Origin: Candidatus Brocadia sp.
GTDB lineage: Bacteria; Planctomycetota; Brocadiia; Brocadiales; Brocadiaceae
NCBI GenBank assembly: GCA_021650915.1
Contig: CP091279.1
Location: forward strand, 240,001-272,000
Length of the DNA: 32,000 nucleotides
Reading direction: 5' to 3'
The notes under the pieces are model-generated. The model did not search any database. It was not told where the DNA came from and was given only the letters and a program-made list of their open reading frames with translations. Each line of letters begins with the position of its first letter. Position 1 is the first letter of the stretch. Positions 25,347-32,000 of the stretch are shown here, piece by piece. Position numbers and translations under genes: made by a program.

Positions 25347-26231
25347 ATGGTGCAATATCACTTCTTGATCACAGGATTTTTCATGGTAATGCTTATCCTG
25401 CCCACCGGCTGTCATTCTACGCAAAAGCAGGGGCTGAGTGCACAAGGAAACAACCACAACCTTGAAGCTTTACTCATGAATGACATTCAGGACGGGCGGT
25501 TAGACATGCCATTTGATCAGGCATGTCTCATTGCTTCAGGGGTTGATACGGGTAAAAGGATGAATACGTATCTAAAAAAGATCGAGCTTCTTATCTCCCG
25601 GATCAGGCAGGAAACAGAGATCAATACCACAGGCGATCCGTTAAAAAAAGCAGATATCATCTTTGACTGGCTTCAGTCAAATGCCAACGATGGGACATAC
25701 AGCGATTGTTACGATTTCCGAGACACTCTTAATCTCAAGGTAGGAAACTGCCTGTCTTATGCAATCCGGTTTACCATCGTAAGCCGGGAGTTTGGAATTG
25801 ACATAAAGAATATTTTTATTCCCGGGCATATATACAATAGGCTGGTGTTTGAAGGGCAGACGCGCTACTTTGAACATACCCACAGTGACGGCATAGTAAA
25901 GAAAAAGGATTTGTACAATTCTCAAAAGAAGGTGATGAAAGATGAAGAGCTAGTGGCGGAGATTTTCTTATACAAGGCACGGAATGCAAACAACGATCTG
26001 AAATATGCGGAGTCTTCCAAAAGATGTGAACAGGCGTTGTTGTTCAATCCCGATGATAGCCGTCCCGTTATTTTACTCCTGGATAATTATATTGCGCAGA
26101 AGAACTACCGAGAGGCATTCCGCTATCTGAGTCATTATCTTGACCAGCATCCCAATGACAGAATATCCTTCAATAACACCTATATCCTCCTGCAAAGACT
26201 GTGTGCGAAAGAGGATGCTAAAACGCAATAA
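25347..26231 (+). CDS. Transglutaminase-like (Transglut_core2/SirB1-like) plus TPR protein, probable lipoprotein
   Basis: It has an N-terminal hydrophobic segment ending LPTGC. VGNCLSYAIRFTIVSREFGIDIKNIFIPGHIYNRL fits the Cys/His core of the transglutaminase-like fold, and the C-terminus has TPR-like helices. The ATG directly abuts the receiver gene's stop. Confidence 0.7.
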   Translation: MVQYHFLITGFFMVMLILPTGCHSTQKQGLSAQGNNHNLEALLMNDIQDGRLDMPFDQACLIASGVDTGKRMNTYLKKIELLISRIRQETEINTTGDPLKKADIIFDWLQSNANDGTYSDCYDFRDTLNLKVGNCLSYAIRFTIVSREFGIDIKNIFIPGHIYNRLVFEGQTRYFEHTHSDGIVKKKDLYNSQKKVMKDEELVAEIFLYKARNANNDLKYAESSKRCEQALLFNPDDSRPVILLLDNYIAQKNYREAFRYLSHYLDQHPNDRISFNNTYILLQRLCAKEDAKTQ

Positions 26232-26232
26232 G

Positions 26233-27255
26233 ATGAGAATAGTACACCTTTTTCGTGGTATTGTTTTCGGGATATCGCTATTTTCTTCTATCAATATACT
26301 CTTTGCGGATGAGTGGAATTTAGCGATTGAAACGCCAAAAGCAGAATGGGGGTTATTAGAAGAGCCATCACCAAAATACAAGTGGGGTTTGGAAAGCCCC
26401 ACGGTTACCCATAAAAAAAGCGACAGCATTGTCATGCATTATAATGGGAAGGCCTGGAGTTGTGTTTATAATGCGTACAGCGCCTGGCTCAATTGTATTT
26501 ATGGATTCGACCCCAACAACATCTTTGCTGCCGGGGATAACGGCGTGGTGCTTCATTATAACGGTAATTCCTGGATTAAACAGAAAACGCGCGTGACTTC
26601 CCGACTAAACCGAATCTGGGGTATCAGCCCGAAAAATATCTATATTTCCGGTGATCAGGGCGCCATTCTGCATTACAACGGAACGGAATGGAAAAAATAC
26701 ACGATGATGACCGCAACCTGGTTTAGCAGCACCTGGGGCATAGATGCAAAATCTATATTTATTGCTGGCGCATTAGGGAAGATATTGCATTACAACGGGA
26801 AAAAATGGATAGAACAGGAAAGCGGCACCAGCAATTGGCTGTATGGTATAAGCGGGAATAGCGCTGATAATGTGTATGCCGTTGGAGACTACGGTACCTT
26901 ACTTCATTATAATGGAAAAGAATGGAAAAAGATTATACTCAATACCAATAAAAGGCTTACGAGTGTCTGTGTTCCTGATGCAAATAGTGTTTTTGTTGTG
27001 GGCGCTGATGGCCTGATACTTCATTATGATGGAATGCATTGGTCACGACAAAGAAGTGGCACGGATAACTGGCTGAGGAAGATATGGGCTATTGATGACA
27101 ATACTATTTTCGCCATTGGTGATAATGGCACCATACTTTCTTATGATGGTAAAAAATGGAGCAAACAGAAAAGTGGCACCAATTATTTGTTGCTGGGAAT
27201 ATGGGGAAATAGGAGAGATAGTGTATATGTTGTGGGAATTAAACCCAAAAAATAA
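26233..27255 (+). CDS. Secreted seven-bladed beta-propeller repeat protein (family unresolved)
   Basis: It has a signal-like N-terminus (MRIVHLFRGIVFGISLFSSINILFA). Seven repeats of 39 aa each carry G..G.(I/L)LHY(N/D)G..W. I prefer the ATG at 26233, 1 nt after the upstream stop, to the start at 26140 in the ORF track. Confidence 0.75.
   Translation: MRIVHLFRGIVFGISLFSSINILFADEWNLAIETPKAEWGLLEEPSPKYKWGLESPTVTHKKSDSIVMHYNGKAWSCVYNAYSAWLNCIYGFDPNNIFAAGDNGVVLHYNGNSWIKQKTRVTSRLNRIWGISPKNIYISGDQGAILHYNGTEWKKYTMMTATWFSSTWGIDAKSIFIAGALGKILHYNGKKWIEQESGTSNWLYGISGNSADNVYAVGDYGTLLHYNGKEWKKIILNTNKRLTSVCVPDANSVFVVGADGLILHYDGMHWSRQRSGTDNWLRKIWAIDDNTIFAIGDNGTILSYDGKKWSKQKSGTNYLLLGIWGNRRDSVYVVGIKPKK
26422..27240 (+). 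repeat. Seven in-frame tandem coding repeats of exactly 117 nt (the propeller blades)
   Basis: The (H/S)Y(N/D)G codon group recurs at 26437, 26554, 26671, 26788, 26905, 27022 and 27139, a constant 117-nt spacing. Confidence 0.8.
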
Positions 27256-27302
27256 TTCTGATAACTTTTCAGGCAATTTTCCTGCATACGGGAGGAACGG
27301 TC

Positions 27303-27905
27303 GTGGCTACTTATAAATTCGTGGCAAGAGATTTAATGACGGAAAAGGTGGTGTGTGTAACTCCAGAGACTTCCATTCATGATCTTATCAAACTTCTTGT
27401 CAAAAACCAGATTACCGGGGCGCCTGTGGTAGATAGAGAAGGGGCGCTGGTGGGGGTGGTTTCAAAGACGGATGTCGTTGAATACGACGGAAAGACAAGG
27501 AAAAAGACAGGGGAATCCACCAATAAATCGTTTTACCACGAGACGAATGGGAAACTGAAAAAAGAGCTCGATAAGCTCTTAAAGACAAAAACCTTTGGAA
27601 AGGCATTAGTAAAGGACATTATGACAACCCGCGTCATTACTGCACAGACAGATGACTCGATAGACCGTCTCGCAAAAATCATGCACGACAAAAAAATCCA
27701 CCGGGTTGTTATCAGGGAAGGGGAGCAGGTCGTTGGGGTCGTAAGTACCCTTGACATCCTCCATGCTGTAAGTACCATGGGTTACGGCAGCAGCGCCTTC
27801 GTTACGGAAGAGGCCATTCTTGACCTCCAGGAACGGCTGGAAGCTGCGGAAAAATCGATCCAGTCCCTGCGCGATATCCTTGATACAATTCACGGTGAGA
27901 AATGA
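27303..27905 (+). CDS. CBS-domain pair protein with a C-terminal coiled-coil tail
   Basis: Two CBS motifs are present (ARDLMTEKVVCV...ITGAPVVDREGALVGVVSKTDV; VKDIMTTRVITA...IHRVVIREGEQVVGVVSTLDIL). The start is GTG at 27303, 7 nt after GGAGG. Confidence 0.85.
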   Translation: MATYKFVARDLMTEKVVCVTPETSIHDLIKLLVKNQITGAPVVDREGALVGVVSKTDVVEYDGKTRKKTGESTNKSFYHETNGKLKKELDKLLKTKTFGKALVKDIMTTRVITAQTDDSIDRLAKIMHDKKIHRVVIREGEQVVGVVSTLDILHAVSTMGYGSSAFVTEEAILDLQERLEAAEKSIQSLRDILDTIHGEK

Positions 27906-28234
27906 GAAGCAAAGCCCTTTTCGTCCTGAGTATGCTTCCTTGTTTACTGATTACGGTAATTGCCCTGCTCGTTACGGAATCGTTGCGTAAAGATGAGCAT
28001 ACCCGTACCACAGTACACGATTTTCAACACATGGTGCATGGTGTTGGTTTGGGTGCTACTACAAAACCGGCGTGGTGTTATATTAATTTCGATCCCCGGG
28101 TTGACCCCCGCTGTTCATGCATCGAATGGCCTATCCCCGGCGGATACTGTTATTGCCCGGACCATACAGGCACGGTATCGTTCATTGCGGGGAATATGGA
28201 AATGGGTGCAGCGATTGAGATTATAAAAAAATAA
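27902..28234 (+). CDS. Hypothetical N-terminally anchored Cys-rich protein
   Basis: 110-aa ORF whose start overlaps the CBS gene's stop (ATGA). It has an N-terminal hydrophobic segment and then WCYINFDPRVDPRCSCIEWPIPGGYCYCPDH (paired CxC motifs plus His). I recognise no family. Confidence 0.45.
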   Translation: MRSKALFVLSMLPCLLITVIALLVTESLRKDEHTRTTVHDFQHMVHGVGLGATTKPAWCYINFDPRVDPRCSCIEWPIPGGYCYCPDHTGTVSFIAGNMEMGAAIEIIKK

Positions 28235-28334
28235 CCGGTATATCACGAGCCGCCCGTCTTTCATAAGCAGAAGACAGAAGAAATTGTCAAATAAATATCA
28301 ATTCCACCGGGCAGAGGTGAATCACAAAACCTTT

Positions 28335-29000
28335 TCAGTCCCTATATCCGGCTATCATCAAATGGCGGTCACTTACTTCTTTTACCGACAGATGGGCTAA
28401 TGGAGTGCCCTGCAGTTGTTCCCGGATTTCTTCAACGGTATACGCAGCAAGGAGCGAATGGTAAAAATCCCTTTTGAGGATTTCTGGTTCATGGGCTGCG
28501 TAAGCCTGTACCAACGCCTCGGCTTCATCGTTAGTTTGCGGTCTCTTCAAGTCCATGATAAACACCGGGGCGCCTGAAGCTGCATACCGATGGATAAATG
28601 GGTACAGGATACGGGGTTTCGGGAGGTGGTGCAGCAGGCTGTTGCTGATAACACCATCGTATCTGCTGTGTGGCGGAATCGCCTCCGGCAGCATCCCCCG
28701 GATGAGGTCCACACGGCCTTGAATGTCATGCGCTTCGGTGAGGATATTCTTCCCCCAGCGAATCATAGTCTCTGAGCCATCAATGCCATGGACAATACAT
28801 CCGGGATAGGCGCGGGCAAAGCGCATCGTTATATCCCCGTGCCCGCATCCGAGATCAAGGACATAACCACGCAGATGAAGTCCAAAGGTCGTTTGAAAGA
28901 GCCTGATGAAATTGCTGTGGGCGTCCTCAAAATCTGCCCCGGCATAGGCGCGTACCTGATCTTCATCTTCCATCAGTTCTGGTTCTGGTATTCGTTTCAT
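28335..29000 (-). CDS. Class I SAM-dependent methyltransferase
   Basis: It has motif I VLDLGCGHGDIT, post-I HGIDGSETMI, and later DGVISNSLLHHL. It is 221 aa. Confidence 0.85.
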   Translation of the reverse strand: MKRIPEPELMEDEDQVRAYAGADFEDAHSNFIRLFQTTFGLHLRGYVLDLGCGHGDITMRFARAYPGCIVHGIDGSETMIRWGKNILTEAHDIQGRVDLIRGMLPEAIPPHSRYDGVISNSLLHHLPKPRILYPFIHRYAASGAPVFIMDLKRPQTNDEAEALVQAYAAHEPEILKRDFYHSLLAAYTVEEIREQLQGTPLAHLSVKEVSDRHLMIAGYRD

Positions 29001-29253
29001 GAAAGAGACCTCATTCCGTCATTGCTGCAAATCGGGTAACTTACCGGGATAATTCTCCTGTCGAACTACCGGTTATTTTAACGGGTGTTTTTTTTCTGTT
29101 CATCGTATAGGAATTTTTACCTGAAAATATAGTACCCAAATTCTGCAAACAAGGCAAAACCTTGTTGCAGGGTTAGGTCAGAAATGGTAGAATCTCCAGG
29201 GGTTTCAAGGTATTTTAAGAACAAAAACACCGAAAAGGAGGTTCACCAATTCC

Positions 29254-29598
29254 ATGAAGACTATAGCACAAAACGAGGAGAGAAGACAACCGAAAATCAA
29301 GACGGAGATGCGTGGGAAGGGGTTAACCGTGCGTGCAGGACTCTTGCCGGTACTGCTTTCATGGGGAAGTTGTTATTCAGACAGAGAGTACAAGAGGCAG
29401 TACGTAAGGAGCGGGGGGGCAAATGCACGGTATCAGATGGTTGGTGGTGTGCAAATGGTAGTCGTGGGATTGATAGCGGGAGCGACCTCGATGGTGCAGG
29501 TAGTGAAGGTGTGGTCGGATGAGGTACTGATGAAGATGGCGGGGTGGAAAGAAATTCTCGTAGATAGCACGATAGGGCGTATTATGAAGCTGTTATAA
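29254..29598 (+). pseudogene. Possible N-terminal fragment of an IS1380/IS4-type transposase, ending at the IS630 junction
   Basis: The 114-aa ORF contains GLTVRAGLLPVLL...RYQMVGGVQMVVVGLIAGATSMVQVVKVWSDEVLMKMAGWKEILVDSTIGRIMK. From memory this resembles the N-terminal region of IS1380-like transposases (....lG..d...l..D..l....G....pS.STl.Rf). There is no DDE domain downstream. This is a low-confidence call. Confidence 0.3.
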
Positions 29599-29601
29599 TA
29601 T

Positions 29602-30667
29602 CTGACATAATTAAGTAGACTATTTACGAAAGAACTCTTTTATCTGTTCTGGTCGTTTTTGAATTGACCTTAAAGAACCGAGAACAACAGAGTGTAGTTC
29701 TTTTTTGTCTTTAATGGGTTTCGCATTTAGTTTTTGTGTCTTTACCGTATTCCAAACTTCTTCGTCTGGATTCAACTCAGGTGAATATCCGGGCAAATAA
29801 TGAAGAGATAGCCATGATGCGTTTTCCAGAGCAAAACGTCCTACACCTTTTGCTTTATGACAGGGCGCTCCGTCAATAATAAAGAAAAGTTTACGGTTAA
29901 TAAAATGTCTATGAAGAGATTTCATAAATTTAATCAATGTTCCAGAATTAAAATGTGTCGTGGCAATTTGAAAAAGAAGATGTCCTTGTGCGCTAACAGC
30001 AGAAGTAACTGCAACGGAAATGCCTTTTTTGCCAGAGACGCGAACATTTGGTTTACCATCGGGAAAAGGCCATGTTTTTCCCACATGAGGAATCGGCTTG
30101 AAAACACTCTCATCTCCATAAAGGATTATTCCCTTGGATTGAGAAGCGGAGCGTGTAATCCTGGGGAGTTCATATCTTTTCCATCTTCGGACTTCCTTAA
30201 TGTCTTGTTCCAGCGCTCGCCTCTCAGGACTTTTACGCACAAGCCCCAACCTTCTCAAAAATCTCGGCATGTAGTCCCTGTGCATCTTTATGCCAAACTT
30301 ATTTCGTATAAGAATTCGTACACGAGGCCCAGTCCAAAGATCAGAGGCAAAACCATAATCAGTTGCTGGCTGCCGCAGGAGATCCATCAATTTAAGGATA
30401 GTTCTTTGTTCCAGTTTCGATGGAGCTCCTGTTGTCTTTCTGGATTTCAGTTGCTTAAGACCATGTTGGCGATATTTTCGGAGCCATCCAAACACGGTAG
30501 AACGATTCAATCTCATGCCCTCTGCAATGTCTTCGACACGGATGCCTTGTTTTACCATGCGCACTGCGGTCATTCTCATAATCTCAAGCGTAGCATGATC
30601 AATGCTATACCCATATGCCATGCCGTTAGCATAGCGTATTAGTTGGAAAAAGTCTACTTAGTGTCTG
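29602..30667 (-). mobile_element. IS630-family insertion sequence, apparently intact
   Basis: The imperfect terminal inverted repeats are CTGACATAATTAAGTAGACT (29602-29621) and the reverse complement of 30651-30667, CAGACACTAAGTAGACT. They share TAAGTAGACT with a 3-nt indel. The element carries one 333-aa transposase ORF, and TA immediately precedes the left end. Confidence 0.75.
29620..30621 (-). CDS. IS630/Tc1-mariner-type DDE transposase
   Basis: It has an N-terminal HTH (NRSTVFGWLRKYRQHGLKQL) and the catalytic segments ILYGDESVF, FIIDGAPCHKA and LPGYSPELNPDEEVW (the DD..E pattern). Confidence 0.9.
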   Translation of the reverse strand: MAYGYSIDHATLEIMRMTAVRMVKQGIRVEDIAEGMRLNRSTVFGWLRKYRQHGLKQLKSRKTTGAPSKLEQRTILKLMDLLRQPATDYGFASDLWTGPRVRILIRNKFGIKMHRDYMPRFLRRLGLVRKSPERRALEQDIKEVRRWKRYELPRITRSASQSKGIILYGDESVFKPIPHVGKTWPFPDGKPNVRVSGKKGISVAVTSAVSAQGHLLFQIATTHFNSGTLIKFMKSLHRHFINRKLFFIIDGAPCHKAKGVGRFALENASWLSLHYLPGYSPELNPDEEVWNTVKTQKLNAKPIKDKKELHSVVLGSLRSIQKRPEQIKEFFRK

Positions 30668-30861
30668 AACGAAAACGCACTTTTTGTAAAAGTGCGAGGT
30701 CGATTTTCTATTTACCAATAGATAATTTTAAGATTTGAGATTAGGGTTTTTGGCAAAAATACTGTTCTTTTACATATTTCCCTTGTTTTCCCCTTTATTT
30801 TAGCCTTGTCTGGGCGTACCTGCCTCCCGGCAGACTGTTTTTCTTCGTGTTTTTTGCTTGC

Positions 30862-32000
30862 TTAGGCGGCTTTTCGCAACTTTTCGCACTGCTTCCGTGC
30901 CTTCTCCTGCAGCACGTTTCCCAGCTTGTGCAAATTCGCAGCTAACACGCCCATTGCACAATATCTTTTAAAGGCATGCAGCCCTTTGTCCGGACACCTA
31001 TCCAAGCCGTGATGCTCCAAACGATTGATATCCGATTCTACCGCCGAGTGCTTGTGCCTTAGCTTCTTAAATGTCTTACCCGATTCCTCTTCCTGTTCCG
31101 CCTTATTCTTCTTGCCCTTCTTGGGAAGGATTACCTCTGGTATATACAAACTCAGCAACTCTTTATTCTCTTTCTTGTAAAAACCTTTATCAAAACTTAT
31201 ACTCTTTATTGTGCCTTCTCCGTAACGGCTCAACAACCTATCTGCCAATGGAATTACCAACGATACATCCGCCTGTTTTTCTCCTACCACATGGTCCACG
31301 ATGAAACCCCACTGATCGCTTGCTACCAGAATATTATGTCCCAACTCTACCCTTTTGTTTGACTTGCCTTTGTACAGCCACTCCGTATGCGGCTCAAACA
31401 ACGAATGAACCTTTTCTGCCGCCGGTATTACCTCATCCCGGATCACCCTTCTCTCCACCAGGTCTATCTGTTTATTCAACATCCCGTGAAAATACTCCAG
31501 TGTCCCTATTTTCCCTGCATGCTTGTCTACCTGGTTCGTCGTTAGCACCTTTTCGTAGATGGCTAACAGACTCGCTCCTATCTTTTCACTCAAACCCCTC
31601 GATAATTCCAAGTAACTCCTCACATGCTCTTCCTTGTTTTTCCCCCCCGCTGCTTGACGCCTTTGCGCTTATCCTCATCAGCTTTTTTAACTCTCTCCTC
31701 CAATATTTGCTCTTGCGCCATCCTTTCCCCGCCAGGATGCCTTCCTCTATTGCATCCTCTATCATGTCCAGACTCTTGCGTCCCGCATCCCACAATAAAT
31801 TCATATCGGTCGGAAAGTGTACATTCGTCTCTAACACATACGTATCCACCTTAATACACAGTCCTTCGTCCTTTTTTTTAACCAACTGATGCCCCGATGA
31901 TATCACCACTTCATTTATCTGCCTGAGGGTCTCCTCATCCAACAATCTTATATTGTCCTTGATGCTCTGCATCGAAAAAACCTTCGCCTCTCCAAATGCC
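30862..32000 (-). pseudogene. DDE_Tnp_1-type (IS4/IS5-superfamily) transposase, frameshifted, N-terminus beyond the window
   Basis: Two overlapping ORFs, 31586-32000 (open to the window edge) and 30862-31623, together form one transposase (DTYVLETNVHFPTDMNLLWD ... HSAVESDINRLEHHGLDRCPDKGLHAFKRYCAMGVLAANLHKLG). The frame change maps to a G7A5 homopolymer run (minus strand; plus-strand T5C7 at 31637-31648). Confidence 0.8.

Noticed and set aside
26422-27240. Regular 117-nt periodicity as a possible CRISPR or other non-coding tandem array.
   Set aside because: The repeats are in frame within one long ORF, are diverged at the nucleotide level, and encode beta-propeller blades. There is no repeat-spacer structure.
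29068-29098. Imperfect hairpin ACCGGTT/AACGGGT followed by a T8 run, as a plus-strand terminator.
   Set aside because: The stem is imperfect (6/7) and no plus-strand gene lies upstream for it to terminate. It may be a remnant or a coincidence within the methyltransferase promoter region.
29184-29522. 112-aa ORF overlapping the 29254-29598 ORF in another frame.
   Set aside because: Its translation is less protein-like (Gly/Ser/Glu-rich). The alternative frame shows a transposase-N-terminus-like pattern, and at most one of the two frames can be real.
31637-31648. Programmed ribosomal frameshifting at the G7A5 run.
   Set aside because: IS elements that use programmed frameshifting typically shift -1 on A-rich heptamers. 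Here the required shift is +1, so a homopolymer indel is the more economical explanation.
31071-31889. Plus-strand ORFs of 77, 189 and 76 aa.
   Set aside because: They are antisense to the DDE transposase fragments, and their translations are proline/serine-rich and low in complexity.

Overview
This is a 32-kb bacterial chromosomal window that leans AT-rich. It may come from a Planctomycetota (anammox-like) genome. That is a guess from an HX9DG prepilin-type protein and the general gene content, and I cannot verify it here.

The housekeeping backbone is:
- the 3' end of the F1 ATP synthase operon (atpD-atpC)
- rfbB and tsaB
- nadA-larE
- tRNA-Val(GAC)
- the conserved thrS-infC-rpmI-rplT-pheS-pheT cluster
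- a tightly packed cluster of dCache sensor kinase, receiver, transglutaminase-like/TPR protein and 7-bladed beta-propeller
- a CBS-pair protein coupled to a small Cys-rich membrane protein
- a SAM-dependent methyltransferase

The accessory and decayed content is:
- a roughly 6-kb, entirely minus-strand mosaic (about 5.2-11.1 kb). It holds a GC-rich truncated oxidoreductase fragment, a group II intron-like RT element whose 3' ribozyme domains I could not recognise, a GC-rich PD-(D/E)xK/DUF4268-like nuclease gene and a 2-kb IS with clear inverted repeats.
- a decayed gmm / small ORF / nucleotidyltransferase module
- a nonsense-interrupted Uma2 endonuclease gene
- an IS630 N-terminal relic
- an IS pile-up at 29.2-32 kb: a transposase fragment, an intact IS630-family element, and a frameshifted DDE transposase that runs off the window

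I saw no CRISPR array and no rRNA.

The observations most worth following up are:
- the RT element and its neighbouring nuclease
- a roughly 90-nt hairpin-centred element present twice, each time in the same orientation upstream of a nucleotide-sugar gene
- a tRNA-Val with C at the near-invariant U33 position
- a PheT that lacks the B2 tRNA-binding domain
- the kinase-to-propeller cluster
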